A stretch of DNA of 64,000 bases from Escherichia phage vB_EcoM_F1. Shown one piece after another: positions 26,778-37,656 of this stretch. Within the stretch, counting starts at the first letter, position 1. Each line of letters opens with the position of its first letter. A program made the translations under genes and the position numbers. The notes below the pieces were generated by a model, which was not told the origin of the DNA, ran no database searches, and was given only the letters and a program-made list of their open reading frames with translations. Location: sequence record NC_054912.1; one strand, 5' to 3'.

Positions 26778-29474
26778 TCAGCCAAACAGGAAGTCTAACG
26801 AAGCTTTTTCTTCATAGTCCATACCAGCCGATTCACACATGCCTGCAAGCGGTTTAACAAACGATTTTTGGAACAAAGTTGAGTGGTCAATCCAAGATAG
26901 TACGTCAGAACGAATTTCTTTTGGAAGTTCTGTACCCGATGGCCAAGCAATACACTTGTCACCAAATGGATTTCCTTCACGCAATGGAAGAACCATTACC
27001 TTATTTCCATCCAAAATTGGAGCTACACCCAGACCACTAACAGCTCGACGATAAGTTAGCACCCCACGAATGTGGAACGGGCATTTAAATCCTGGCCAAC
27101 CTTTATCATCATATTTCGCTATATCGTTCGCAGTTTTTACTTCAGCAATAACTTTATAGTCAAGTTGACGATATTCTTTCTCGAAGTTCTTGTAATATTC
27201 TTGGACAGACTCTTCACCTTCCTGAAGAATACGACGAATACTTTCTTCGAGAGCTTCTTGTACTGCTTTTGGTGTTGAACTCTGTTGAGTTTCCATACCC
27301 ATGATTTTTAGATGCGGTTCAGCAAATCGCTTATCTTCCATATCATAAACGTTCAGAGCATAACGCTTTTTCGCTTTCCAAAATCCACCAACACCCTTTG
27401 AACCAAGTGGAGGGCAAGAAATAGCTTCACGGTCCATATGCATCAGATGCTCGCGGTTATTCATATAATCACATAACTCACGATATGCAACATCAATCAT
27501 AGGTTCCATCTTTTTCTTACCGAACTGATTCATGAATTCAACCAAATCGTTCTGCTCTTTGAATCGGTCAAGACCAACTTTTTCAATAACTTTATCTACA
27601 CAAACATATACCGAATCAGTATCACCTGCTGCGATAAAATCTTCACCATTAGTTCCGCATACTTTATTCAGATATTCATTGATTTTACGAGCAATCCACT
27701 GAATACCGACTTGGCCAAAAATTGTGATAGCAGTAGCATTTCGCAAATCATAGTAACGGAAATGAATATTACCAAGAGCACCATAAAGACTGTTAATGAG
27801 AATTTTACGGTTCAGCTGATTTGTGTTAGCAAGTGTAGCAGCTTTTTCACATTCCTCAATCAGACTATTGAGAACAGATTCAGTATAATTCGACAGTTCA
27901 TTTAAGAAATCATCACTGAACTTAACATATCGTTCAACTTCTGGTTTAGTTGAACAAGACCCTGCGCCTTTCATAATAATCTTTTTAATAGCTTCGGCAT
28001 TCATTTCTTCAGCGAACATTTTCTTTTTCCAGTCTTTACGCTGGAAAAATACTTTAGCGATTTCCTTTGGAATGATACCTTCTTGATGCTTATCATACAT
28101 CCATCCATTCGGAGAACAAGAATATTCTTCACTTGGCTTAGGAGCTGTTCCTGCGATATATTCATGGATTGGATGAACTTTAAATTGTCCACGAATAGTC
28201 TCAGGACTAATGTTAACCTGACGAATAATGCTCGGATACAGAGACGTCAAGTCAAAACTCATAATATATCGACGAGCAATTGGTTTAGGTTCAAACACAA
28301 ATGCACCCGGAAAACTCTGTTTAACGTGCGAACCTTGTTGAGGAATAACCTTATGTTCACCTTTCAATGAGTTAAAAATAATAGCATCCCAAGTTTTAAT
28401 AGGACTCATTACACCAGAAAAAGGCATTTTAGCATAATAAGACATACTTAAAACTAGATCGATAAACCCGCGAATTTTATCAATTGCTTGAACTGATTCT
28501 ACGTCAATGATGTTATAACTAATGTATCGTTGATGATTAGTCTCACGAAGTTTATTAATAGGACCGTCGTATGGTAATTTACCTTTTTTGGTTTCATGTT
28601 GAGCAACTGATTCCAAAGAGAATGACGGCAAATTAGTAAATGCGAATTTCTTGTACAAATCTAAATAATCAAGAATAGATACGCCATCAATAGAATAAAT
28701 TTCTTTGCTACCGTACACATTTTGAATTAGTTTAGATTTTACCCGACCGATTGGAGAGAAACGTTTCATACTGCGTTCACCGAGAACCATTTTAACGCGA
28801 TTCATGATATATGGAACGTCAAACCCCTCAATATTCCAACCAGTAAAAATAGCAGGTCGTTTCTGTTCCCAGAGATTGATATATTCCATGAGCATATCAC
28901 GCTCATTATCGAATGGCATATAAATTACTCGGTCAAGAATTTCTTGAGGAACTTCATCACCACCTTCACAGTCAAGCTTAGCAGCTAACTTTGCATCCCA
29001 TTTTGATACTGAACCGTACATTGAATTCAAAAGGTCGAAAACATAAAAACGATCGTCAATTGAATCGTAATGAGTGATAGCATCAATTTCATATTCTGCT
29101 TTCATTGGGTCAGGAAATTTATCACCAGTAACCTCAATATCACAGTTAGCTATACGAACAAATTTTCGGTCATAAACAATTTCTGAACCATATGTATCAC
29201 TGATATAAGCGAGTTTAAAATCGTTCATACCGAGAGCTTCGAGACCGATGTCTTCCATTCGCTTCATCCAATCTCGAGCATCTTTCATTGATGGAAATTT
29301 TTGAGGAGCGCAGTTTTTACCGTAAATGTCTTTGTATTTTGATTCTTCCTTACAGTGTCTAAACATAGTTGGAAGATATTCTACTTCACGAGTACGTTCC
29401 TTTCCGTTTTCATCAATATAACGTTCAACAATGTTATTTCCGACTGTTTCGATAGAGATATAAAATTCTTTCAT
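26778..29474 (-). CDS. 43: family B DNA polymerase with 3'-5' exonuclease (gene 43)
   Basis: 898 aa; exo and polymerase motifs (FDIE, YGDTDS); recognised as T4 gp43. Confidence 0.95.
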   Translation of the reverse strand: MKEFYISIETVGNNIVERYIDENGKERTREVEYLPTMFRHCKEESKYKDIYGKNCAPQKFPSMKDARDWMKRMEDIGLEALGMNDFKLAYISDTYGSEIVYDRKFVRIANCDIEVTGDKFPDPMKAEYEIDAITHYDSIDDRFYVFDLLNSMYGSVSKWDAKLAAKLDCEGGDEVPQEILDRVIYMPFDNERDMLMEYINLWEQKRPAIFTGWNIEGFDVPYIMNRVKMVLGERSMKRFSPIGRVKSKLIQNVYGSKEIYSIDGVSILDYLDLYKKFAFTNLPSFSLESVAQHETKKGKLPYDGPINKLRETNHQRYISYNIIDVESVQAIDKIRGFIDLVLSMSYYAKMPFSGVMSPIKTWDAIIFNSLKGEHKVIPQQGSHVKQSFPGAFVFEPKPIARRYIMSFDLTSLYPSIIRQVNISPETIRGQFKVHPIHEYIAGTAPKPSEEYSCSPNGWMYDKHQEGIIPKEIAKVFFQRKDWKKKMFAEEMNAEAIKKIIMKGAGSCSTKPEVERYVKFSDDFLNELSNYTESVLNSLIEECEKAATLANTNQLNRKILINSLYGALGNIHFRYYDLRNATAITIFGQVGIQWIARKINEYLNKVCGTNGEDFIAAGDTDSVYVCVDKVIEKVGLDRFKEQNDLVEFMNQFGKKKMEPMIDVAYRELCDYMNNREHLMHMDREAISCPPLGSKGVGGFWKAKKRYALNVYDMEDKRFAEPHLKIMGMETQQSSTPKAVQEALEESIRRILQEGEESVQEYYKNFEKEYRQLDYKVIAEVKTANDIAKYDDKGWPGFKCPFHIRGVLTYRRAVSGLGVAPILDGNKVMVLPLREGNPFGDKCIAWPSGTELPKEIRSDVLSWIDHSTLFQKSFVKPLAGMCESAGMDYEEKASLDFLFG

Positions 29475-29532
29475 AGATATTCCTTAGTTTATAGCCCGAG
29501 TTATTAGGCTCTTGATATATTATACTCCAAAT

Positions 29533-29550
29533 AAGGGGCCGAAGCCCCTT
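29533..29550 (-). terminator. stem-loop aaggggc-cgaa-gcccctt downstream of regA
   Basis: perfect 7-bp GC stem with UUCG loop on minus RNA. Confidence 0.5.
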
Positions 29551-29552
29551 GC

Positions 29553-29921
29553 TTAATTACCAATCGTATATTTAGGAACGAGTTTCCATTCATGTTTTTG
29601 TTTAAAAGAAATAACTCGGAAGTTATTAGTTAAATCTTTCATAAAAGTTCTTTGACCAGGAACGATTTCAATCAGTCCCCAATCTTCTAATAGCCATGCA
29701 ATCGAATCGCGACGAACTTCATCTTCTTCTGTCATTTCAACTTGACGACCATCCATACGAAGCATTTCTTTAAAATGAACGATATAGTATAGTCCTTTTT
29801 TCTGAAGAATATGACAGGACTGATACAGAACTTTATCTTTATTATTAGCAATTCCCATACGAGTCAAAGTTTCTTTTACTTTCAGAAAATCTTCAGGTTT
29901 TTTAAGAGTAATTTCAATCAT
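29553..29921 (-). CDS. regA: translational repressor RegA
   Basis: 122 aa MIEITLKKPEDFLKVKETLTRMGIANN recognised as T4 RegA. Confidence 0.85.
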   Translation of the reverse strand: MIEITLKKPEDFLKVKETLTRMGIANNKDKVLYQSCHILQKKGLYYIVHFKEMLRMDGRQVEMTEEDEVRRDSIAWLLEDWGLIEIVPGQRTFMKDLTNNFRVISFKQKHEWKLVPKYTIGN

Positions 29922-29922
29922 T

Positions 29923-30486
29923 TTACCATTCCAATGCTAGTTTTTTGAGTTGTTTCTGTTCTTTTACGTTCTTAGTCACTTCTTTCAAAAAATCATCCGT
30001 GACTAAACCTTTTAGTTCTTTTAATACTAAAGGAAGTTTTCCATTTTTAGTAAGAATTGATTTATAGTTAATTGCATCATTTGTATTAACTTGATACCGC
30101 TTAGCAAGTAACTTAATAATCAATACTTCGGTAGAATCTTCAACCAGTTTTGCCCATTTACCATATCTTTTACCCCGAGGAACAGCAGCCATTAGATAAT
30201 TAAAATGAGCTTCATCACTTAATCCAGAACCGATTAAATTCATTGCATATACAGCTGGCATGCACTCTGGAAATTGTGATAATGCATTTTCAACCATGAA
30301 TTTTGAATAATCTTTTTGGGCAATTGAGCATTTAGTTTTATTATTAATAGCTCCAATTATTTCAAAAAACTCATTTTCAGCTTTTTCTTTAAAAGAATCA
30401 GCAGCGGATTGGACAGCTGTCCAATCTTTAGAATACCAAGCAACTTGATGCTCGTTTAATTGAATATCATCTTCAAATAAGCTCAT
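29923..30486 (-). CDS. 62: clamp-loader small subunit (gene 62)
   Basis: 187 aa from ATG 30486 ([14 protein letters not shown]); track start is further upstream. Confidence 0.85.
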   Translation of the reverse strand: MSLFEDDIQLNEHQVAWYSKDWTAVQSAADSFKEKAENEFFEIIGAINNKTKCSIAQKDYSKFMVENALSQFPECMPAVYAMNLIGSGLSDEAHFNYLMAAVPRGKRYGKWAKLVEDSTEVLIIKLLAKRYQVNTNDAINYKSILTKNGKLPLVLKELKGLVTDDFLKEVTKNVKEQKQLKKLALEW

Positions 30487-30487
30487 A

Positions 30488-31447
30488 TCACTTCCACTGC
30501 ATTTCACATGCTAATTGAATGAAAAGATAAGCTAAATGTAATTCAGTATTAGCCGCAATTCCATGATACTGGTTATTTTCACCAACAATTTCGTACATAC
30601 GAATAATACTTTGCGGAGTTACACGTGAATAGATTTCTTCGGCAAGTTTACCCACGAACCACGAATAATCAGCTGCATATTTTGGTGCTAAAGCTCTGAG
30701 CTGTTTAACATCTTTATTTTTGAGAGACTCAAGAACATCATCAATAGCACCACGATCGTTAGTAACCAGTGATAAAATACCAGCATCCAAAACACCTTTA
30801 GATGAATAACTATCGAGCTCGCCAATAGTTTTACGAAAATCAGGAAAATTCTTTTTAACCAAAGCTGCTACAACTTTCATATCAGCTATAGCAATTCCTT
30901 CATGCTTACAGATTTCAGTCAATCGACGAATCATCTGCTTCATCATTTCAATTTTATCTTCATCGGTCGGTTGACCGAATGTAATAACTCGACAGCGTGA
31001 CTGAAGTGGTTTAATAATACCATCAATATTGTTAGCAGTAATAATAATACTACAGTTTGAACTATAAGCTTCCATAAAGGAACGAAGATGTCGCTGAGAC
31101 TCTGCTAACCCTGAGCGGTCAAATTCATCAATAACGATTACTTTTTGACGACCATCAAATGAAGCGGCGCTGGCAAAATTAGTCAAAGGACCACGAACGA
31201 AATCAATTTTACAATCTGACCCATTCACAAACATCATATCAGCATTTACATCATGACACAATGCTTTTGCTACAGTTGTTTTACCTGTTCCTGGAGAAGG
31301 AGAATGAAGAATAATATGTGGAATCTTACCTTTACTTGTAATAGATTTAAAGGTTTCTTTATCAAAGGCGGGAAGAATACATTCATCGATAGTAGATGGA
31401 CGATATTTCTGTTCAAGAATGTGTTCTTTTTCATTTACGGTAATCAT
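30488..31447 (-). CDS. 44: clamp-loader AAA+ ATPase subunit (gene 44)
   Basis: 319 aa from ATG 31447; Walker A GTGKTT, SRC motif. Confidence 0.9.
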
Positions 31448-31481
31448 AATTTCCTCATTCAAGTTTTAGTGTAAATTATAA

Positions 31482-31495
31482 AGGGCCGAAGCCCT
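31482..31495 (-). terminator. stem-loop agggc-cgaa-gccct downstream of gene 45
   Basis: GC hairpin with UUCG loop. Confidence 0.45.
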
Positions 31496-31498
31496 CTA

Positions 31499-32185
31499 TT
31501 AAAAATCGTGGGTGGAATCAGCTTCAAGAGCTACCACATAATTCGCGTGTTCACCTTCAAATTTAGCAGCACCTTGTTTACCTTTTGCCCAGAGCAGAAG
31601 TTTATAATTTCCTGGTTGCATTTTCATATTTGCCATGTTGATAATGAAATTAAATGTATTTTCACCATCATAATCACCAAGAGTCAAAGAATATTTAACA
31701 CGGGTCAGAGCAGAATCTTCTACTTTATTAAAACCGTTAATTACGATTTTACCTTCTTTTACCGTGATAGCAATTGTATCAATTTGCAGACCACGAGATA
31801 CACGCAACAGTTGTTGAAGGTCTTCAGCTTTAATTTCAGTAACAACAGATGCTACCGGGAATGGAATTGGTTTATTAGGAGCAACTACTGTACTCGGATC
31901 GGCTGCTGGCCAAAAAATTGTTGAGCGGGCATCAGCAATTTTAATATTTCCATCTTCTGACTGGGAAATTTCTGCATCATCATTAACTAGAGACAGAATA
32001 CCGAGAAAACCGTTCAAATCGTAAATTGCTACATCAAAATCAATAACGTCAGAAATATTTGCTTCCGCATAAGTTGTACCATTAACTGCGCGAGTCATAA
32101 TAAATTGACCTGATTTAAGCATAATACCGGAGTTAATGGTAGCGAAATTTTTCAAAATATTCAGTGTATCTTTAGACAGTTTCAT
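31499..32185 (-). CDS. 45: sliding clamp (gene 45)
   Basis: 228 aa MKLSKDTLNILKNFATINSGIMLK recognised as T4 gp45. Confidence 0.9.
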   Translation of the reverse strand: MKLSKDTLNILKNFATINSGIMLKSGQFIMTRAVNGTTYAEANISDVIDFDVAIYDLNGFLGILSLVNDDAEISQSEDGNIKIADARSTIFWPAADPSTVVAPNKPIPFPVASVVTEIKAEDLQQLLRVSRGLQIDTIAITVKEGKIVINGFNKVEDSALTRVKYSLTLGDYDGENTFNFIINMANMKMQPGNYKLLLWAKGKQGAAKFEGEHANYVVALEADSTHDF

Positions 32186-32240
32186 GTAATTTCCTTCAAT
32201 TCAAATGAGATTTAATTTTATAACTAATTTAATAAAGCAA

Positions 32241-32630
32241 TTAACGATTAAAATCAGCCGCAATTGTTTCCGCAATAATTTGAGCAGCAACAATTAGACG
32301 TTCATCTGCATTACCACAATAATCATCTTCAAGGCGTTCACCACATGAAGTCATAATAAATTTAGCACCGGCGTTTAGGGATTCTGCAGTATGTTTGCGC
32401 ATTAGTTCAATCCATTTATTACTTACTTCACGATCGATAGCTTCATAATACGCATGACGAGCAGGTGCAGATTTAATTTTGTTCTGAATAACTTCCATTG
32501 CGTTATCAGAAAGAGACAAAACCCATGCTCGGCGAATTTTATTTTGGTTTTGCGGATTTGAGTCAGAACGCACGTGTTTTGGCTGAATATCTTTTACATC
32601 AACAGTATAATTCACAGTAATTTTAGTCAT
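32241..32630 (-). CDS. rpbA: RpbA-like RNA polymerase-binding protein (candidate)
   Basis: 129 aa, position immediately upstream of 45 as in T4. Confidence 0.5.
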   Translation of the reverse strand: MTKITVNYTVDVKDIQPKHVRSDSNPQNQNKIRRAWVLSLSDNAMEVIQNKIKSAPARHAYYEAIDREVSNKWIELMRKHTAESLNAGAKFIMTSCGERLEDDYCGNADERLIVAAQIIAETIAADFNR

Positions 32631-32639
32631 AATACACCT

Positions 32640-32828
32640 TTAGTCATAATAATCAGTAACAGTCCAAGCTTCATTTCTGTTGGACATTATTTTTGTATAT
32701 TCTGATTTAAATGCATTCTTAAGCATAGATTCAGTAACTATATGCTCTTCATTAGAAAAATTATTTCTCAGAATATATCGTTTTATTTCAGGAAAAGTTA
32801 ATAAATGCTGTCCAGTTGAATATTCCAT
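32640..32828 (-). CDS. hypothetical protein (62 aa)
   Basis: track ORF. Confidence 0.45.
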   Translation of the reverse strand: MEYSTGQHLLTFPEIKRYILRNNFSNEEHIVTESMLKNAFKSEYTKIMSNRNEAWTVTDYYD

Positions 32829-32883
32829 GTTTTTCCTCCATAGAGATTATACTCTAATAAATTAAAGCATAATCTCTTATAAA

Positions 32884-34566
32884 TTAAACCATTACAGTAA
32901 ATCGACCGACTTTCTTCATTTGAAGATGCTGACCATATTCTTGCGGGTCATGGTCTTTATGTGAAATTATAAAAACATTAGTGTTTTTCATTGAATTTAT
33001 AATATTAGCTACACCTTTAATACCTTCGGCATCAAATGACCCGTCAAACACTTCATCGAGTATTAATGTACTAATACTAACACCAGATACAATAGAAGCA
33101 ATATCACGCCAAGTAAATAAAAGAGCAATATCAATTCTTGCTTTTTCGCCTTCACTAAATGAAGCATAACTAAAATCTTCACGACCACGGGATTTAATTG
33201 TCTCATTAAATTCTTCATCTAATGTAAACACATAATCCGCTTCCATTATTTTAAGATAATGGTTAATCTGCTTATTAAATAATGGAATGTACTTTTTAAT
33301 AATAGCACCTTTAATACCAGAATCTTTGAGCATATCAGTCAAAATTCCTCGGTGATATTTTTCCATTACTAAATTAGTTTTTGTCTTAACAATTTTATCA
33401 AGTTCTTCTTGAAGCAGTGCTATTTCGTCAGCATGGTCAATAAACTCAGAAGATGCTTTTTCTATAGCCGCTTTAACCTTTTTAGCTTTATCTACCGTCG
33501 TGATTAGAGATTGCTTTTTATTGCGAATATCATTTGCCAACGACTGTTGGGTTTTAATATTATCTCGGTATTCATCAACAAGAACTTTTAAATTATCACG
33601 GTGTGTTGAAAGCTGTTCAAACGAATGCGTACATTCAGAAACTTTATCTTTAATTTTAGAAACAACTTTATCACCGGAACTCAATTGTGACAAACAGGTT
33701 GGACATAATCCACCTTCGTGATACATATTAATGACTTTATTATACGAGTCAATTTTTGATTTAATTAAAAATGCTTCTTGACCGATTTTATTAAATGCAT
33801 CAGTTGGGTCTTCGTCTAAAACAATATTAACTAATCTTTCATTAGCTTCTTCTATTTCCGATTTTAGCGTTCTAGCTTCTTTTGCCAAATCATCATACAT
33901 ATTTTGTAGACGAGTAAGGTTGTCACCAGTTAATTTTTTCTGGCGTTCAACGTTATCATTATATATTTTAATTTGTTGGATAATACTATCTTTTTTAACA
34001 TCAAGCACTTGGTTCTGCGAATTTAATTCACGTATTAGTGCTTTATTAAGCTTATCCATTTCAGCTAATGTTCCTACCTCAAGCAGGTCTTCCACAAGCT
34101 TTCTTCGTGCAGGGGTCGACAAACCCATGAAAGGGGTATACCCTGCTGTACCAAGGACAACAATCTGCTTGAAACTGGCATATGACATTCCGATAAGCTG
34201 TTCAAATTCTGCTTGGAAATCTTTACTGCTGGCAGATTCATTAAGACGTGTACCGTTAACGGTGATTTCGAAAACGTTTGGTTTTTGTCCTCTTTTGATA
34301 TAATACTTTTTCTCATCATATTCCATCCACAGTTCAACTAAAAGTTCTTTCTTATTTGTGCTGTTTATTAATTGACCTTTCTTTACATCACGAAATGGCT
34401 TGCCAAAAAGCCCAAACGTGATGGCTTCTAGCATAGTAGACTTACCACCGCCATTTCGTCCAGTAATAAGAGTTTTTTGAACCTTATCTAGTTGAATGTC
34501 AATAGGATTTCCACCTACTGACATTATATTTTGATACCTAACTCGGTTTAGTTTAAAATTCTTCAC
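32884..34566 (-). CDS. 46: Rad50-like recombination ATPase (gene 46)
   Basis: 560 aa; Walker A GRNGGGKST, zinc hook CPTC, Walker B/D-loop LILDEVFDGSFD; start codon is GTG. Confidence 0.9.
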   Translation of the reverse strand: MKNFKLNRVRYQNIMSVGGNPIDIQLDKVQKTLITGRNGGGKSTMLEAITFGLFGKPFRDVKKGQLINSTNKKELLVELWMEYDEKKYYIKRGQKPNVFEITVNGTRLNESASSKDFQAEFEQLIGMSYASFKQIVVLGTAGYTPFMGLSTPARRKLVEDLLEVGTLAEMDKLNKALIRELNSQNQVLDVKKDSIIQQIKIYNDNVERQKKLTGDNLTRLQNMYDDLAKEARTLKSEIEEANERLVNIVLDEDPTDAFNKIGQEAFLIKSKIDSYNKVINMYHEGGLCPTCLSQLSSGDKVVSKIKDKVSECTHSFEQLSTHRDNLKVLVDEYRDNIKTQQSLANDIRNKKQSLITTVDKAKKVKAAIEKASSEFIDHADEIALLQEELDKIVKTKTNLVMEKYHRGILTDMLKDSGIKGAIIKKYIPLFNKQINHYLKIMEADYVFTLDEEFNETIKSRGREDFSYASFSEGEKARIDIALLFTWRDIASIVSGVSISTLILDEVFDGSFDAEGIKGVANIINSMKNTNVFIISHKDHDPQEYGQHLQMKKVGRFTVMV

Positions 34567-34826
34567 AAAAGATTCCTTTTAATGTATCTTTTAGACCATT
34601 CTATCATATCATCATAATCTAAAAAGTATTCATCAAATTCAGCCATGCAAACAACACCTTGTGCTGCTTTTGATGTGATATAAATTATTCCAACATATCT
34701 AGAATCTTCTTCGGTATAATCAATATTTGCTATGAATTCATCATTAATGTCAAATGTCGAAAACTTCACAATACGCATCCTTAATACAAGATACAGCCAT
34801 ATCTCGTAATGATTTAGGTGTGTCAT
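34563..34826 (-). CDS. hypothetical protein (87 aa)
   Basis: track ORF; start uncertain (overlaps upstream ORF by 77 nt). Confidence 0.4.
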   Translation of the reverse strand: MTHLNHYEIWLYLVLRMRIVKFSTFDINDEFIANIDYTEEDSRYVGIIYITSKAAQGVVCMAEFDEYFLDYDDMIEWSKRYIKRNLL

Positions 34827-35013
34827 TATCTAAAATGTTGAAGTTAAAAGATACAGCCCAGTCAGTGCAGACAGTAACCTTTTTAATACAATTATCTTCA
34901 ACCTCTAACGGTTCAAACCAATATTCAATAATTTCTTTATGCCCAATATCATCTTTTACTTCGCATTCAAAATGCTGACTCATCATAACATTTTTAAATT
35001 CATCAAAAGTCAT
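34750..35013 (-). CDS. hypothetical protein (87 aa)
   Basis: ATGA overlap with gene 47 stop. Confidence 0.5.
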   Translation of the reverse strand: MTFDEFKNVMMSQHFECEVKDDIGHKEIIEYWFEPLEVEDNCIKKVTVCTDWAVSFNFNILDNDTPKSLRDMAVSCIKDAYCEVFDI

Positions 35014-36029
35014 TGTGTTGCCTCTACATATAGCTGATTTGCATATTGAATAAGTGCTTCACGGTCAGAATCAGTGATGTCTGGAATTGCATTAATATAC
35101 TCTTCCATCAACGTCTGAAGCGATTGAACTTCAACTTCTTCACTGTCATCTGACTCGACAGAGTTATCAATTTTTGACACAACTCGTAATGAATGCACAA
35201 CTTTTTCTAGTTCAGATTCGAACTTCGTTAGATTTTTGTCTACTTCAGTTACTATAACACGTACTGATAGATTTGTAAAATCTTTATAGTCAATTTTTCC
35301 TTTAAATGGATAATGAATTCTACGATGCCAGGTAGTATTGTTTGGAATAAATTCCATTCGTTCTGTTTCTGTATCAAACATCCAGAACCCACGAGGGTCA
35401 TTCTCGTCACCTGCAGTTAGTGTCCATGGTGTCCCAATATATCTGACGTTTGCAGCCTCAGAGATAGTATGGAAGTGACCAGACCACACTTCTTTATAAG
35501 TCTTAAGGAAATCAGGTTCAAGACCGTGAGATTTCATTCCTTTATAAAAATAAAATCCATTCAGTTCCCAGTGACCAACACAAAAAGAAGCAGATGAAGT
35601 TTTGATATGCTCAAGAATTTCACCAGTATTTTCTTCACACATCCAAGGAATTAAATCAATCAAACATCCGTCAAAATCTACTGTAGTAGGCTTATCATAT
35701 ACTTTAACATTAGGATATTTAGCCAAAAGCTCAGTAGAGGCATTTGGATGCATTACATTTTTATAGTGGAGATCGTGATTTCCTACAATAGTGTGTAATG
35801 TAATTCCAGCATCATCAAGCGTTTGAACTATTTCACGAGCGAACTCCATAGTTTTATGTGTGATTGCTTTTCGCACATCAAAAATATCACCGTATTGAAT
35901 CCAGGTAGTAATTCCATTTTTCTTAGAATATTCTATTGCTTGTTTAATTCCATCAATTTGAATACCGCGAATCCACTCATCATCGGCTTTAACGCCTAAA
36001 TGCCAATCACCTAAATTTAAAATTTTCAT
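35010..36029 (-). CDS. 47: Mre11-like recombination nuclease (gene 47)
   Basis: 339 aa; phosphoesterase motifs GDWH, GNHD, GHxH. Confidence 0.9.
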   Translation of the reverse strand: MKILNLGDWHLGVKADDEWIRGIQIDGIKQAIEYSKKNGITTWIQYGDIFDVRKAITHKTMEFAREIVQTLDDAGITLHTIVGNHDLHYKNVMHPNASTELLAKYPNVKVYDKPTTVDFDGCLIDLIPWMCEENTGEILEHIKTSSASFCVGHWELNGFYFYKGMKSHGLEPDFLKTYKEVWSGHFHTISEAANVRYIGTPWTLTAGDENDPRGFWMFDTETERMEFIPNNTTWHRRIHYPFKGKIDYKDFTNLSVRVIVTEVDKNLTKFESELEKVVHSLRVVSKIDNSVESDDSEEVEVQSLQTLMEEYINAIPDITDSDREALIQYANQLYVEATQ

Positions 36030-36166
36030 ATATCAAGAACCGTCATTGAAATGCAAAATAAAATTATTGAAATAAATCCATCTGGAGTGCTAAAGAACCC
36101 AATCCAACATGCTCTAGTGAATAGATAAAATGCAAGAAAAAGTATCACATATCCAAGAAATATCAT
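36026..36166 (-). CDS. small hydrophobic peptide (46 aa)
   Basis: manually translated MIFLGYVILFLAFYLFTRACWIGFF...; stop overlaps gene 47 ATG. Confidence 0.35.
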   Translation of the reverse strand: MIFLGYVILFLAFYLFTRACWIGFFSTPDGFISIILFCISMTVLDI

Positions 36167-36190
36167 TATATCAAACTCCGTATAAAGCTA

Positions 36191-36206
36191 AAGGGCCGAA
36201 GCCCTT
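36191..36206 (-). terminator. stem-loop aagggc-cgaa-gccctt at the 3' end of the alpha-gt gene
   Basis: GC hairpin with UUCG loop. Confidence 0.45.
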
Positions 36207-37408
36207 TATTTTGTAATAATGTCAAACTGTTCTTTAAAGCAGAAGCTTGAATCTTGATGCTGATACAAAAATTCATATGCTTTTTCACGTTCACGGTCAT
36301 AAAGAGCTCGGTCAGATGACAGTTCTTTAATACGCTCGAATGTTGATTCCATGTCATTTTCATCAAACCAAATGATACCGCTATCATGTGAGGTCAAAGG
36401 AGTATTATCAACACGGAATTTTAAATTTTCGCCAGTAGATTTCCAGAAAACAGGAATTGTTCCACATGCACCAAGCTCGAGATGAGTATATTCGAGTGAG
36501 CGTTGTAAGTATTTCTGGTTAAGTTTACTCAACTGATATCCAAAGCCAGATTTACTCATTCGTTCAAGCATTTCACTATTAATATAACAATCTAGGATTT
36601 GTGCCGGTTGATTCGGCGCGAGATTCATTTTATCAATCTCACGATTACCGTAATATTCATACGGAATACCTTTTTCCTTAATTGCAATAAAAGCAGGGGA
36701 ACGTTCAAGACCTTCCATTACAGTGGATTTACCAGCAGGTTTTAAGAATTTTTCATGAAAATCAAACATCTGATAAAAACCTTTCCATGTAGTCGTACGA
36801 CCAATCCAACGGTTGATGTTCATGTTAATTTCAGAAACATCTTTCCAATAAGTTGACCGAACCTTCGCAATATCCATAGGAGGCTGAAAATTATATACTG
36901 TTGGTGCTTCTTCAATATCATCAAACAGAGAAACAGTTTCTGGATACCATTCTTTCATCAGAACTTTATTAAAATCGCCATTATCAGAATGACTAAAAAT
37001 AACATCAGCTCGACGAACAGTTTCTTCTAATCCCAAATTTCGACGCAAAGAAAGAACAGAATGATCATGCTGATAAACTACAACACGAATAGAAGGTTTA
37101 ATATTATCTAAAAGTTTTTTATAGTTATTAATCGTGGCTTCTTGAACGGAAGTAGCAGGAACAGAATTAATAATTAGAATATCACAATCATTTACCAGCT
37201 TAAGTGTTTTATCGTATTCTTTAGCTAAAATAACTGGAATTGAAAATGATTTGTGGTCATGAGAACTTGTACGAGTAAATGATTTATCTTTAGCATAAAC
37301 CAAAGTTACTTCATGACCATTTTTAATAAACCAATCACGCTGCTCAAGAGAAAATTTAGTTACACCGCAACCTTCAAGACCCCGAGCCAGAAAAATGCAT
37401 ACTTTCAT
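36206..37408 (-). CDS. agt: DNA alpha-glucosyltransferase
   Basis: 400 aa, MKVCIFLARGLEGCGVTKFSLEQRDWFIKNGHEVTLVYAKDK recognised as T4 AGT. Confidence 0.85.
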   Translation of the reverse strand: MKVCIFLARGLEGCGVTKFSLEQRDWFIKNGHEVTLVYAKDKSFTRTSSHDHKSFSIPVILAKEYDKTLKLVNDCDILIINSVPATSVQEATINNYKKLLDNIKPSIRVVVYQHDHSVLSLRRNLGLEETVRRADVIFSHSDNGDFNKVLMKEWYPETVSLFDDIEEAPTVYNFQPPMDIAKVRSTYWKDVSEINMNINRWIGRTTTWKGFYQMFDFHEKFLKPAGKSTVMEGLERSPAFIAIKEKGIPYEYYGNREIDKMNLAPNQPAQILDCYINSEMLERMSKSGFGYQLSKLNQKYLQRSLEYTHLELGACGTIPVFWKSTGENLKFRVDNTPLTSHDSGIIWFDENDMESTFERIKELSSDRALYDREREKAYEFLYQHQDSSFCFKEQFDIITK

Positions 37409-37462
37409 TTAATATCCTCTTTGTTTTGGTTTATTTTATCAAAAAATTTATAAAGCAATATA

Positions 37463-37478
37463 GGAGCCGAAGCTCCTA
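37463..37478 (-). terminator. stem-loop aggagc-cgaa-gctcct
   Basis: GC hairpin with UUCG loop upstream of agt. Confidence 0.4.
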
Positions 37479-37515
37479 TCCACATAATACGCCATACAGA
37501 GGCTCATTAGAACTT

Positions 37516-37656
37516 TTAAATTTTTATGCGCCTATATGTTATAGTTCCTTCTGCTTTAGCGTTATCATGAGACTCTTTAAAGCGTCTCATCATTTCCTCT
37601 TTAGAGGAACGAATTTTATTATAATCTATTTCAGAAGTCTGGTGTTCATCTTTCAT
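37516..37656 (-). CDS. small hypothetical protein (46 aa)
   Basis: manually translated MKDEHQTSEIDYNKIRSSKEEMMRRFKESH...; ATGA overlap with upstream ORF. Confidence 0.35.
   Translation of the reverse strand: MKDEHQTSEIDYNKIRSSKEEMMRRFKESHDNAKAEGTITYRRIKI

Noticed and set aside
36166-36387. Track ORFs 36166..36387 and 41647..41871 overlapping the agt and nrdG coding regions
   Set aside because: They are out-of-frame overlaps within recognised genes with no independent support.
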